The position numbers and the translations under genes were made by a program. Under the pieces are notes generated by a model. The model was given only the letters and a program-made list of their open reading frames with translations. It was not told the DNA's origin and did no database searches. Of a stretch of DNA of 64,000 bases, positions 1 to 15,352 are shown one piece after another (within the stretch, counting starts at the first letter, position 1; each line of letters starts with the position of its first letter). The stretch spans positions 95,480,001 through 95,544,000 of the forward strand of contig OZ024740.1 of assembly GCA_964016885.1 (NCBI GenBank), written 5' to 3'. This DNA is from Eledone cirrhosa. Taxonomy: Eukaryota.

Positions 1-29
1 CATGTTACCATGTGCTACCTGCAGTATTT

Positions 30-68
<39 letters not shown>

Positions 69-942
69 TAGAAAGGATGAATATAAAATGAAAGTGCTTT
101 TTTTAAAAAAGGAATTTATTAGATATTTACATATGTCTCTGTAACAGACTGAGTACCTATGTATCGCTGCTTGCGTAATCATATAATGTTAGCAAGTATT
201 CGATAGCAAATGTATAATCAGTTGTCACTTCTTCAGAGATTTTGGATAAATTGGATAAAATCAGAAAAATTGAAGTATTTATATTAGTAATAGAGGAAGA
301 AACAGAGGGGATAGTATATGACAGATGGTAAATTAATTTACTGCTAAACAAGTATATAATGGGTTTCTAATGAGAATACCATGAGTAAATCTGAATAAGA
401 ATTTTGGGAGTGCCAATTTTAATCTCTACTTGACCAACTGGACAGTGGGCAGGGCTGGTCATTTAGTGCAGTAGTATTAATTATAAAGTGTCAATCGAAA
501 TCTCCCCCTTCCCCAATTGACACTTTATAATTAATACTAATGCACCAAATGACCAGCCCTGTCCACTGTCCAGTTGGTCAAGTAGAGATTAAAATTGGCA
601 CTCTCAAAATTCTTATTTAGATTTACTCATGGTATTCTCATCAGAAACCCATTATATACTTGTTTAGCAGTAAATTAATTTACCATCTGTCATATACTAT
701 CCCCTCTATTTCTTCCTCTATTACTAATATAAATACTTCAATTTTTCTGATTTTATCCAATTTATCCAAAATCTCTGAAGAAGTGACAACTGATTATACA
801 TTTGCTATCGAATACTTGCTAACATTGTATGATTACGCAAGCAGCGATACATAGGTATTCAGTCTGTTACAGAAACATATGTCAATACCTAATAAATTCC
901 TTTTTTAAAAAAAGCACTTTCATTTTATATTCATCCTTTCTA
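69..942. repeat. Near-perfect long inverted repeat (~427 bp arms, 20 nt spacer); probable PLE pseudo-LTR fold-back
   Basis: 69-495 is the reverse complement of 516-942 with no net indel (71+940 = 495+516). The mirrored 64-aa ORFs differ by one residue. The right arm has CTGAAGA (775) ... GAAACatatGTC (872-883). (TA)n lies on both sides. Confidence 0.9.
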
Positions 943-1160
943 CATTTTCTCCGGAATATAATTTATACTCGTTGAGCAAACCTGCACGTACGCTGTTCAT
1001 CTCTAACGTAACGATATATTATAACTACATTATTGATAACCTGAAATTTTATATATATATATATATAAATATATTTATATCTGTATGTTTTATCGCTGTT
1101 CAATCAATGGTAAACATTGATTGCCAAATACGTTAGCTATGGAGATATAAAATATACAGA

Positions 1161-1799
1161 CTAGCCGAATTGCACGCGCCTTGCTGCGTTTCACACATTT
1201 TTTGTAAGAAAATTATGATTAATCTTAAATCAGAGATATTATTTATGGAGAAACACTCTACATTTCCATATTACTCACTCTAAAATGTAATGCATGAAAA
1301 ATTGGAAAACATTATTTTTTGTAATATATCAAATCAAAATTACTTTATTAAATCTTATTCTTATTTTGTTTCTCGTAAATAAAATCTTTTGGTAACAGGC
1401 ATCATATCTTGTCATTTACCTATGGATCAAATATCATAGAAATTGAAGGGACAAACTTTTCAGCGGGTGTGTGTGCTTCCTAGGAATCCTAATAGGGGGT
1501 TTATCCCCCATTAAGGTGTCTTAATATTATTGAAATTTGTTGAAATTTTGTGAATATGCATCATATCTTGTCATTTACCTGAGGGTTACATTTTTAGCGG
1601 GCTTTTTCATTGGGGACTTCTGCCACCGGGTAACCATTTGATTAAAATGAAATATACTTATCCAAGTACCCTGGACAATGTAGTCTCAGAAAATATACGG
1701 TTATGGGGGTATATTTCCAAAACTATAGGAGGCGTTCGTGAACAAACAAACAAACAAGCAAATAATAATCAGACAGGAATACCACTTCATATATATAGA
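1161..1799 (-). mobile_element. Non-autonomous Helitron
   Basis: On the minus strand it starts A|TCTATATAT and ends with a GC-rich subterminal hairpin-like segment (cgcagcaaggcgcgtgc) followed by CTAG|T. It sits in an AT dinucleotide with no TSD, matching canonical Helitron termini. Confidence 0.75.
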
Positions 1800-1944
1800 T
1801 ATACTTTTAAAAGTAAGTAATGTTCTATAAAAAAACAGTGGTTATGGAGAAAAGATGAAGTTGGAAATTGCATGGAAAATATATTTTAGGGTCTGTTTTT
1901 CTCTTTTTTTCCTATCATTGATTCTTCAAAATGACAATATTGAA

Positions 1945-3690
<1,746 letters not shown>

Positions 3691-3849
3691 AAAGGCATTG
3701 TCGCTCTCACTTTTGCAATAGAAGCAGTATCTAATGTGTTGGAAGTCCGACAAACATAAATGTTTATGACTGATTTAGAGCACTCAACAAGTTCCTGGAG
3801 TAAATATTCAATGATATGCAATGAATATAGCACAAAATATAAATAGAAT

Positions 3850-5489
3850 CAATAATATAAATTTAAACCATAACAAAACTAACCAAAATAGCAGTAGTAT
3901 CTCTAGCAATATCCAATATAAGAGAACTGTTCTGAATAACAACAACTCCGGAAAATGTAACTGGAGAATTAAATTAAACTGTCATTTACAAAATAAGTGA
4001 TTACATAAGGACGTGGTCTATAAATGTACAGTCAAAACCAGTGATAATATATTTAACTATGTAGATGCAACTTCTACGGAATGTAAAATTCGCTGGAATA
4101 ATGACAAATGCTATTTTAAAAGATTTAATAAAAAATCTTCAACTTCTATTTTAAAGCTGATATGGAACTTAAAATGCCAAAAATATGGACTTTTCATTCA
4201 CTTGGAAAACAATTTCGAAGCACCCGTGTACCGAAACACAGCTTTATCTATATTCTGCAAATTGTGTGTTGAGGACATTTTTTTCATACTTAAATGTAAT
4301 AACTCTATTAATCTAAGAACGAATTTATTTAGTTTTTGTAGACATCGCCTGAATTCAACATTTAGAAATATAGATAAATTATAATTAAACTTATAATATT
4401 GCTACTTATTTCCATACAATCTTATCCACTTGGTTTTAATATATTGATATCTCTAAATCATATCTATAACATTTCCTATAATTTCACTTCTTAAGGTTTC
4501 ATAAAATATATACATATATAATTCTAATTTTTTTTTATTTAAATTTAAATTTTAATTGTAAGTTTAATCTTAATAAGTTTTAATTGTTTATTTATTATTT
4601 TTATTTTTTTTTAATTTCTTTAATTTGTTAACCCTTTTTAAAGATTATTTATTTTTTTAAAATTACTTATCTCTTATAAATTATTTAAAAAAAAAAGTTT
4701 CTCAAATTTTTAATATTGTTCAATATCTTTTATTAGAATGATAACCACTAACTAATTCTGGCTGAATATATCTTTCAACATTTATACATATTTTGACAAA
4801 ATAGTATCATGCTAAAGAATAAATAAACAAAACTGGAGTTTTTCCGTATCTTCCCATTTTAAGATATATAAATATAAATATTCTTATTAACTCAGTTAAT
4901 TTAATTTAATTTAATATTTACTTACATTAAATACTAAACCAATATCCATCATAACTCATTAAAACAATTATCTATAACACGATATACCTATCTATTCATT
5001 TACTTATCTACTTATCTATTTACTTTTGTATTTATTTATTATTTATCTACTTATAACAGCAAATATTATATTATAAACCAATTTTAAATAAAGAAAAATC
5101 GTAAATACACATAATATTAGATTATAATTAGAATATATTTCCCCCGAATTAACGTTATATTCATCTTCTCTCGTCTATTTCTTCTCTCTATCTCTCTCGT
5201 AATATTTTCTATCTCTATCCCCTTATATTGTTCTCCCTCTCTTTCCCCGGTGTCATTTAAATAAACTTTGCTTTTCAATTATTTACATATTTATTTGCAT
5301 ATTCACACATAAGTTTGAATAATCCCTAATGTATTTCCACTACCCAGTGAATTTCCAACCGATAAGGTATGATTTTCATGGGTATGTCTCTATTTATAAA
5401 ACAAACTTTGTATTTTATCTGATGAAAGCGTAGCAACGTTGTCTCGGTTACCCTTGAAATATATATAATAAAATATATTGTATATATAT

Positions 5490-5490
<1 letters not shown>
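3850..5490 (+). mobile_element. 3' fragment of Neptune-type PLE (GIY-YIG end plus pLTR)
   Basis: ORF 4013-4384 (YVDATSTECKIRWNN, STSILKLIWNLK, CKLCVED, INLRTNLFSFCRH) parallels the C-terminus of the PLE ORF at 48907-49611. The element ends with an HHR and then (TA)n. The left boundary is approximate. Confidence 0.7.
5409..5477 (+). ncRNA. Type I hammerhead ribozyme motif (PLE pLTR)
   Basis: Stem I tgtattttat/ataaaatata; core CTGATGA (5419-5425); stem II aag-c-gtagc/gttac-c-ctt; GAAA (5456-5459); stem III T-atat-A; cleavage triplet AUA. Confidence 0.75.
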
Positions 5491-5697
<207 letters not shown>

Positions 5698-5924
5698 GGT
5701 AGTGGGTGGGACGTGGGGGTAGCTGAACTTGTCTGTAGAACAATGAGGGAGTGGGTGGAGCCGGTTAACCGTTGAAAGTGATTTCTATACAGCAAATTCT
5801 AAGGAGCGTGTAGAACATTGGGCTAGTATGGAAGCAGGCGACAATTCTAAGTTAGTCCAGAAATTGCCGTCGAAACGGCTTGACCTATGTCGTCGGAGTT
5901 AACCTTTTTCATATATATATATAT

Positions 5925-7254
5925 GTAGATAAATCTACCAAAATATACGGTAGTGACCAATCCGTATGAAGAAATCATTGTAATCCAAATATCATGAAAA
6001 GAGAAGATGTATTCAAAAATATTCGATGAAAATCATTGAAAACAGAGTTAAGATAAATTAATAAAAACAATGAATATAAACGAAGAATAAGTTCCATATA
6101 TTAAAAAAGTCATCATTTTACGATCGTTTCTACGATATATATGCGTGTTGGTATATATATCATATAGATATATGTAAAATTATTACAAACTATCAGAGGA
6201 AATATACATACCTTCACATATATATGCTCTCTTCAGAAATAATGAGTTTTGTCTATTGAAAAAAACCAACAAATATATAATATAATATGTCTGTTTGGGA
6301 ACTGGTTTTGAATTGACCAATAGAAAAGTAGTAAGAGGTCAAGTTGATAGAATAGTAGTAGTAGAAATGTAATTTAGGGGTAGAGTGGTGCAGACTTATG
6401 TTTTGAATAGAAATAATTCTTTGAATGAAAAGAATACTTTGGGGGTGAAAAGAGATCAAGCCGGTGAAGGGTACAGCTCTCTTTTCCTAAAATTAATACC
6501 CAAAAGTACATATATAAATTAATTTACTTCCTGTTATGAATCTAGATTCCTTGTAGTTTATATAGGAATGGTATTTCTAACTAGTAACCTTATCCCAACA
6601 TTTTATTTTCCTTCGTTTTTAACAACATTCTTTAATAACATCTAATTCTTATTTATCATATCTATATGAGGTAATATAAATTTATTCCTATAAGTATACC
6701 CAACAATTAATTTAATTTCTTCTTATAGATCTAGATTCCTTGTGTTTAAATAAGATTGGTATTTCTCAATTACCCTCAAATTTTCTTTCCTTCGTTTTTA
6801 ACACTATTCTTTAATAACATCAAATTTTCGTGTACCCTTTAACGGCTTGACCTCTTTTCATCCCCAAAGTATTCTTTTCATTCAAAGTATTCATTCTATT
6901 CAAAACATAAGTCTGCACCCCGCTACCCCTAAATTAAATTTCTACTACTACTATTCTATCAACTTGACCTCTTACTACTTTTCTATTGGTCAATTCAAAA
7001 CCTGTTCCCAAACAGACCTATTATATTTAATCTTTGTTGTTTTTTTTTCAGTAAACAAATCTCATCATTTCTGAAGACAGTATATATATGTGAAGGTATG
7101 TATATTTCCTCTGATAGTTTGTAATATTTTTACATAGATCTATATGATGTACATACCAACACACATATATATCCTAGAAACGATCGTAAACTGATGAATT
7201 TCTTAATATAAGGAACTTGTTCTTTGTTTATATTCATTGTTTTCATCAATTTAT
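5925..7254. mobile_element. Inverted PLE pLTR pair (~420 bp arms) with long-stem II HHR and a tandem ~190 bp duplication in the spacer
   Basis: 6053-6475 is approximately the reverse complement of 6831-7254. The minus-strand HHR at 6111-6244 has stem I cattattt/aaatgatg, CTGAAGA, ~100 nt stem II and GAAAC-gatc-GTA. In the spacer, ~6497-6648 resembles ~6697-6827. Confidence 0.75.
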
Positions 7255-7339
7255 ATATATATATTAATTGATATATATATTAATTTATATATATATATTA
7301 ATTGATATATATATATAGTAATTTCTATATATATATATG

Positions 7340-7548
7340 TGAGATGTGAGAAAAACCACAGACCCTCCATTTCAACTCTACTTTTGAAAAGCAGAAGTAC
7401 TGCAAAACGGGTAAAGGAACCAAATATATATATATAGATTTTTTTAAAAATAAGACTCCAGTTGCATTTTAGATTTCATCTTTTTTTCTTCATACTTCCA
7501 CTCGTGTAGGACACCTCGGTTATTTTTCATTTTGTAAAAAAACCTTAC

Positions 7549-7553
<5 letters not shown>
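7340..7553 (+). mobile_element. Solo PLE pLTR remnant with degenerate HHR; relatives at 62113-62303 (-) and ~62473-62615 (-)
   Basis: Shared blocks gagaaaaaccaca, ttttgaaaagca..ctgc(g)aaac..ggtaaagg and agactccagttgcatt. Flanked by (TA)n. Confidence 0.55.
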
Positions 7554-7618
<65 letters not shown>

Positions 7619-10129
7619 GTATAATAGATAGGCTGTAGACGTTAACAAACTAGAGTACTCGACACTTTGGACGGTACAGTAGTGAATATTAAAAGTTTCA
7701 GGACCCCCACGGCTGAGCTGTAGCCGTTTCGACATCTGGTCATACAATCAAGGCAAACAGATTTTTTTAAATCTTTAAAATATACTATCTTTTGTTTTCC
7801 TCCCGGAGTGGTCATTGACATGGCGGGGGGCGGGTTAAACTGAGATTAAATGGCTGTTATAATCCTGTTAAATGGTGTGTATTTTATTACATTCTAGTCG
7901 GCGAGGGGCTAGACAGGAAAAATTCAAGAGAAATGGGTTTGTAGACTAATTGACCTGAAAGTGCGAAGCCAGTTAGTCCCGCACACAAGTTATTAAGTGA
8001 TATTTAATCTTTACCAACTAATTCCAATCCGTAGATATGATATTGTGTTCAGATTCAATTCGAGTGAGAAAAAAGTTCCAACGGGAGAGAATATAATTTC
8101 TGGGTATATAAGATCCCCTACATTCCCTGCCATCACACCCATTGAAAATCACATCTAGCCCGATCTGGCATACTTTAGTTTAAACTCTACCATTTCGGTG
8201 TTCGCAACTAAGATGTATATTCAATGATATGTCAATAATAGAAAGGTCTGTATAAAGCTTTAAATTAATGATATTGATTATTACATATGGGAGAAGGTAT
8301 TGCATATTTTATTAGGCTAGATTGCAGAGGAACCACATTCAACAGAGCTGGTGCATTGAAAAAGCATGATCGATGTAAACTCATTTGAGTAGAGGTATCC
8401 GTGTTAATCTACTGAGTTATCGTTTAATATAATATGCTTTACGACTTGCAAAGCCATCTTTGATTTATTTGCGACATTTTATAGGGGGACATACCACTAG
8501 GTAGCTTTACGACAATTCGATATTTCTGTAGAGTAGGAATATGTTATGACACTGAAGGTACAGACAATAATTGTTATGCAAATTCTACATTATTATATGT
8601 AGAACAGATGTAAGAATATGGATTGCGAGAATTCTTCCGTATTTACTATATACTCTGATTGTAGATTGTGAGGTGTGCTATCTACACTGTTTTGACTGTA
8701 ATTTCAGACAAATAATGAATATATATTATTAAAAAAAATGCCACAAACAACGTAATAGAATCGGGCAACTCTAAAGATATACCACAAAAGAATATATAAC
8801 TGCATCGCATGCGATTTATTATGTAATTTAAACTGTCGGAGAGTTCAATTTCATTCCCTTTCTGACGACCTATGTAATAGTAATGTAATAATAGTGTCAA
8901 TAAACCATAACGTTTGTCTATATTACAAATGTATTTGGTTTTATTTTAAGATCGCACTCACATACACACACATCGATATAAATATATTGACTGTTTAATT
9001 TAATGTTTATTACTGTTTAATTTAATGCACATTATTTCATATTGCTTATAACCAGATTCCTGAACATTCTTACTGGTATTCGTTTTGGTTAAGATCCATT
9101 TGGTTTAGACTGTGACCTAATGCAATGTTTTTTTCTGTAACGTAGTAGTTTGTTGTAGGTAACACGTCATAATAATTCAATTATAATATAAAGAAAATTA
9201 AATATATTATGACAACACCTAATTGTGTGCACATTAGAAATAAATATTTGTTTGAAAAAAAATAAACGAGATAACTTAAAATCCCTATACATGATTTATC
9301 TCATGGGTCTCGTATATCTTAGTATAAAAAAAACCAGCAACATTCACATTCAATAATTTCTAGCATCAAGAAAATAATTTTCTAAGAAAATGGATTATAA
9401 ATAATTATCCTTATCATTTCTCTGACTTCATAAAATATAAATGTTATTAAAATAATGTTATTGATATTGAATGAAACCATTTAAGGTGATAGCTGAAAAG
9501 AATTGGAACGACCTCATTGTAATAATTCTGAAATTGAAGTAATCCGTTGAGAGATGAAAATTAAAATATATTCGAATGGACATTTAATTTGGTTAGAAGA
9601 ATTGAAAATATAAATACTTCAATCCGGAATAATTTTGCCTTATCTCCATCGTATTAGGTCTGATAAAACCTAAGTATATGTGGGTGTCAAACAAAACAAT
9701 AATATAATACTAAGATGATGCAAAATTGTGTGCATTTGCCTTTTTCAATATTTTGTTGATACACTGAAAATCTAAAATAGGAATTGTATACATACGAATC
9801 CGATTATGAGTATAACATATGTTAAACGCAAACAATATATATGATATCTTTTATTACAAATTTTGCATAGCGCTTCTCAATTAATGATGAGACAAAACAT
9901 TAATCACATTACACTACGATATATACATATCGTATCCTGTCATATTGATTGAACCCTCATCTGATCGATATCGAAAAAATTGTAAGATACTAATATAATT
10001 TTGACATACGATGCAACACTGACTTCGATCCTATTTCATTTCTCTCTCTCTAAATATATATATATATACATTTTTTTGGATCGATCGACTTTCGTCAAAT
10101 CGGACCGAGGAAACAATGTTTCCGTTGGT

Positions 10130-10295
10130 CTTTCCAGTTGCTAGTACTATCTATTGGTTGCAACTCAAGGTAGAAGGATCAAAGTGAAATATAGTGTCTT
10201 GCTCAAGGACATAACGCATCGCCCGGTCCAGGAATCGAACTCACTACCTCAAGATTGTGAATCCAATTCTCTAACCAATCAGCCACACGCCTTCA
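10130..10295 (-). mobile_element. tRNA-derived SINE (family A)
   Basis: Minus-strand head tgaaggcgtgTGGCTGATTGGttag ... GAGTTCGATTCC (A and B boxes), followed by gtccttgagcaagacact. Confidence 0.8.
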
Positions 10296-10424
10296 TATAT
10301 CATGTCTTTAGAATCATCAGATAACATATATATTATTTCTTCTTCTAATTAGCATAATCAATCATATAAAAAATCAATTAGGTGTAAAATTAAACTTAGA
10401 AGAAATGCGTACATACCGTAATTA

Positions 10425-10503
10425 TATCTCTACCATGGTTTCATCCCTATTTTTAGACATCCAAATAATAGGAATGTCCTGAGTTAGGATTCATCAGGAG
10501 ACA
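10425..10503 (-). ncRNA. Type I hammerhead ribozyme motif, inverted copy of 11222-11300
   Basis: The reverse complement reads identically to 11222-11300. Confidence 0.85.
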
Positions 10504-11221
10504 AACTCAAAATCAGACATCTAGTTTTTCAATCCGATCCCGCCAAAAATAGATTAAAAAATGGCTAAGAATCGCTATGTGGCTGTGGTCAAGCCAGAAA
10601 GAATGTGATTGGTTGCTTACGGCGGGTAGGCCTGCTACTAGAAAGCGCAGCCATATATCGCCAAATTTAATCTCAACCTATCGGGAGATTATTAAATATA
10701 AAGGTTAACATATACATAAAGTTATAGATATGTATATGTATATGTTGCAACTGGTCACTTTTAAGCTCTATGAAGAATTAATAAATTAAAAAATCAGATT
10801 AATATATCATAAATCATGTCTTTAGAATCATCAGATAAAATGATTTTGTATATGGTTAATTATGCTAATTAGAAGAAGAAATAGTATATATTTTATCTGA
10901 TGATTCTAAAGACATGATTTATGATATATTGCCCTGATTTTTTAATTCATTAATTCTTCATAGAGCTTAAAAGTGACCAGTTGCAACATATATATATCTA
11001 TAACTTTATGTATATGTTAACCTTTATATTTAATAATCTCCCGATAGGTTGAGATTAAATTTGGCGATATTTGGCTGCACTTTCTAGCAGCAGGCCTACC
11101 CGCTGTAAGCAACCAATCACATTCTTTCTGGCTTGACCACAGCCACATAGCGATTCTTAGCCATCTTTGAATCTATTTTTGGCGGGATCGGATTGAAAAA
11201 CTAGATGTCTGATTTTGAGTT

Positions 11222-11300
11222 TGTCTCCTGATGAATCCTAACTCAGGACATTCCTATTATTTGGATGTCTAAAAATAGGGATGAAACCATGGTAGAGATA
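11222..11300 (+). ncRNA. Type I hammerhead ribozyme motif with intact core
   Basis: Stem I tgtctc/gagata; CTGATGA (11228-11234); stem II atcc/ggat enclosing gacattc/ggatgtc; GAAA (11283-11286); C-catg-G; GUA cleavage triplet. Confidence 0.85.
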
Positions 11301-11712
11301 TAATTACGGTATGTACGCATTTCTTCTAAGTTTAATTGTACACCTAATTGTGTATGATTGATGATATATTTAGTCAGTTTCTACATGCTGTCGAAATGTT
11401 GGATAAATACTCGATTGGGGCCACCGCGAAGAGGCTACATTCGGTTATTTGTCGGAGTTTTCTCCATAAGAGCCTTTCTTCTTATAGCTTGATCTAATTG
11501 ATTTTTTATATGGTTAATTATGCTAATTAGAAGAAGAAATAGTATATATTTTATCTGATGATTCTAAAGACATGATTTATGATATATTGCTCTGATTTTT
11601 TAATTTATTAATTCTTCATAGAGCTTAAAAGTGACCAGTTGCAACATATATATATATCTATAACTTTATGTATATGTTAACCTTTATATATATATATATC
11701 TATTTATATGTA

Positions 11713-11822
11713 GGAACAAATATGACCTCGACGTCAGAGCTCAAGCCGTTTCGACGGCTATTTCTGGAGTCGGAATAGCCCCCGAAACGGCTTGAGCTCT
11801 GCCGTCGGTGTCATACTGTTTC
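11713..11822. repeat. Short fold-back (~50 bp arms) of a dispersed TA-flanked repeat family
   Basis: cagagctcaagccgtttcg pairs with cgaaacggcttgagctctg. The same motif occurs at ~5865-5910 (+) and ~15193-15260 (-). Confidence 0.7.
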
Positions 11823-12444
11823 TTATTTCCCTCTCTACTACCCTATGTATTGAGTACTCTGGTGCGTTATGGTCCATCTGGTTCCTTACCACAATTCCTT
11901 TGTTATATATATATATATATATACATATAGTAATAATGATAAATTTGAAGGGCACAATTTGGTGAAAGCAGCGATACTTTGCTTAAACTTTAATCTGTTA
12001 TTTTAATAAACATATATATAAAATCAAGGGAAAGCAAATAAAGAAAAAGTTTTAAAATTAATTTGAAAAAATTCACTGTACTTTACCGCGATTTTAGATT
12101 CCAAAACAAATAGATAACCCAAGTGGATTGCCATTGAGAACGAGATCTTCGTCATAAGACTTTTCTCTCTCGGAGAATATAAGATTCCGGAGTTCAAAAT
12201 ACAAACTGCCGCCATACAAAACTGCCCCAACAAAATAATGATGAAACAATTTTGTCTAGTACCTCTAAATGTTCGGTCGCCCACATGTCTTTGATTTTCG
12301 GCCCCATGTATTTTGTCTATTATATTCCATTGTTATATTACGAATACCTAATGATGTCACCGGATCATACTGAACCCGGTCATTGAAATAATCATAGTAT
12401 AATAAAACTTTTAAGGAATTACACACGTCCAGACTCCTCTTATT

Positions 12445-12493
<49 letters not shown>

Positions 12494-12495
12494 GA

Positions 12496-15110
12496 TTACA
12501 CGACAGTTAGTTCACCATACCGAGAACAATTGTTTCACCTTCACCGATCTTCAGCTTGGGATGTGTATGTTTATAGGAACAGGATGGACAGCCGTACGAA
12601 CGCGCATGCGCAGATACTAGGTCACTTCACACAGGCAATACTAGACTGCGTGCGGGAGGTGTAAGGGAGATAACTGCGAAAGTCCGGAAAGTTTTTAGGT
12701 TGAAAATAAAATTAAACAAATTAAAAATAAAATTACAAAGAATCAGTACGGAGCATTGTAGTTATGAAATAGATGTTTGGTGACGTGTGGACAACGTGTG
12801 AAAAATTCACTACTCGGGTTTAGGCAATCACTATTGCGCAATCTATTTAGGATACGTATTCGTTCGTCGATACATAAGCCACACGTCGGATTTCCCCTTG
12901 CGTATGGCTTGGACTTAGTGATGGCTTTCCATTGAATGGAGTAGCCTATACTTGAGGCATTGGGGGACCATACGGGGCTCGCGAGTTTCGTGGATAAACG
13001 TCTGTCCGGGTATCAGAAGTTAGACTGGTGGTTCAGGAAACACTCTGTGAATCCGCCCTGCGCCATGCCCACATAAGTTTTGACTTCCTGTAGTTCGTTT
13101 GGTCGGTTGGAAGTGACCACAGCTTCATAGATTACAACTGGTGTGTTTCATTGTTGTTGAAGCGGGCAAGCTTCAGGCTAACGGCAAGAGTACCCTGGTG
13201 GGGTGTTGCTCCTAGGGCTGCTGGCGATGTGGGTTTTCATATACTTAGTGCAGGTGTATCATATTTTAACTTTGTGTCTGTTAAAATGGAGCGGTATTTA
13301 TGACCTATGGGGAAGTGTCTATCTAAGAGGGTTAGACATTGTTTTCCTACATTGGTTTTAACGTTGAGTGAGAAGGGATGAGAAAACCAGATAGTTTGTC
13401 TATTGATGCGCTTAATTTTCTGTGGTTTAACTCCTTAACATCCAAAAAAGCGACGTTCTGACAGTTTGACATTTTCGATTTTTACCCGTCCATCTCAGAG
13501 ACCCTGTTAAACAAAGCGCTGGACTTCGCTACCACTCATACCACCGTTGATGGTTTAGACAGGGAAATCATCGCTCACTGCCGTAAAACCCACCTCTCCA
13601 ACGAGGGAGTAGCCTGGGCAAGAAGTCTACATCGTCAGACCTGTTCGACGTCTCCATGGGATCGTTTGACAGTGCTGACGCATGTGAATTGGTTGGCCTT
13701 TTTATATTGGACATATTACGTGTTAGATTCCCGGACTTCCACACTGGAATATACCGTGACGATGGACTGACTTTATCGAGCCATAAAAGTGGTCACGACC
13801 TCGACCGGTTTAAAAAAGAGTTAGCTTCTACCTTCAATGAGTTAGGCCTTAGAATGACAGTAGCCACCAACCTCTCTAGCGTAGATTTCTTAGACATTAA
13901 TTTAGACCTTCGCACACACACTCTCAGACCCTTCCATAAGCTAAACGAGAAACTTAATTACATTCACAATGACTCATGCAACCCTCCCACTGTTTTTAGA
14001 AACTTCGTTAAGAATATCAGTACTAGAATCTCAAACCTCTCCTCTAATAAGGCTATCTTTGACAGAGCAGCACCCTACTATAACACGGCGTTGGCTAACA
14101 GCGGCTTCTCACAACATATCACCTACTCTCCCCGTAGCAACAACACCATTAAGAAAAGTAAGCGCATCAATAGACAAACTATCTGGTTCTCTCCTCCCTT
14201 CTCACTCAACGTTAAAACCAATGTAGGAAAATAATTGCTACCTCTCTTAGATATAAACTTCCCCATAGGTCATACATACCGTTCCATCTTTAACCGATAC
14301 AAATTTAAACTAGGATACTACTGCGCTAAGAACATGAAGGCCCACATCACCAGCATCCCTTCGAGCAACACCCCACCTGGGTGCTCTTGCAGTAAGCCTG
14401 AAGCTTGCCCACTTCAACAGCAATGCAACACACCATCTGTAATATAAGAATCTGTGGTCAATTCCATCTGTGGGCACTTCCATCTGTGGGCATGGCGGAG
14501 GGCCTATTGAAGGAGCATTTCCTGTCTTACCTTCAGATACCCGGACAGATGTTCATCCACGAAAAATGCGAGCCACTCATGGTCCCTCGGGGATTCATGT
14601 ATAGGCTACTCCATTCGATGGAAAGCCATCACTAAGTCCAAGCCATACGCAAGGGGAAATCCGACGTGTGGCTTATGTATCAACGAATAGCTATCCTAAA
14701 GAGATTACGCAATAGTGATTGCCTAAACACGAGACGTAAATTTTTCACACGTTGTCACCAAACATCTATTGAATAACTACATGTCCCAGGACTGATTCTT
14801 TGTAATTTTATTTTTAATTTTTCTAAATTTCATTTTCAACCTAAAAACTTTCCGGACTTTCGCAGATATCATCCTTACACCTCCCGTACGCAGTCTAGTA
14901 TTTCCTGTGTGAAGTGACCTAGTATCTGCGCATGCGCGTTCGTACGGTTGTCCTTCCTGTTCCTATAAACATACACTTTCTCGAGCTGAAGATCGGCGAA
15001 GGTGAAACAATTGGTGACGGTATGGTGAACTAACTGTTGTGTAACTACTTCTACCTAACTCGTCCCTTGGACTGAGTGCTCTACAACTACGGATATTACT
15101 TTCCACCACT
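12496..15110 (+). mobile_element. 5'-truncated Neptune-type PLE with ~0.9 kb 5' inversion
   Basis: The + strand at 13440-14790 gives FDIFDFYPSI, MGSFDSADACELVG, YRDDGL, WFSPPFS and CSCSKPEACPLQQQC. 12496-13421 is the reverse complement of ~14152-15044. A tail extends to 15110 and (TA)n lies on both sides. Confidence 0.9.
12520..12559 (-). ncRNA. Minimal HHR motif in PLE pLTR (degenerate partner at 14981-15020, +)
   Basis: Reads ccaag CTGAAGA tcggtgaaggt GAAAC aatt GTT ctcgg. The stem I consensus of the two arms is ccgag/ctcgg; stem II is weak. Confidence 0.6.
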
Positions 15111-15289
15111 ATATATATATATATATATAATTGGAAATTTAGGAAAATTGAATCTCTGGCGCTTTTCAAGCAAATTATATATATATATATATATAGGAAA
15201 AAGTATAACATCGACGGCGGAGCTCAACAGCCGTTTCGATGGCTACTCCTGGACTGAATTGTCGTAACGCTACCTTGTGGTGTGCCCCT

Positions 15290-15352
<63 letters not shown>

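Larger units (their letters stand above)
10297..11690. mobile_element. ORF-less inverted plus tandem HHR-bearing repeat (non-autonomous PLE derivative / retrozyme-like)
   Basis: ~10297-10840 (-) mirrors ~10841-11350 (+). The unit restarts at ~11495. The period is ~514 bp on the minus arm and ~657 bp on the plus arm. A further partial copy lies at 56236-56340 (-). Confidence 0.8.

Noticed and set aside
157-854. Apparent duplicated 64-aa gene pair
   Set aside because: A by-product of the DNA palindrome, with no recognisable domain.
771-890. Functional HHR in the first palindrome
   Set aside because: The core and stems II and III are visible, but stem I does not pair (atct versus aata) and the left arm has GAGA; kept only as degenerate.
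7760-10020. Unassigned complex sequence (also 15.8-16.8 kb, 39.4-40.25 kb, 59.85-60.45 kb)
   Set aside because: No motif, terminus or repeat structure could be assigned by eye.
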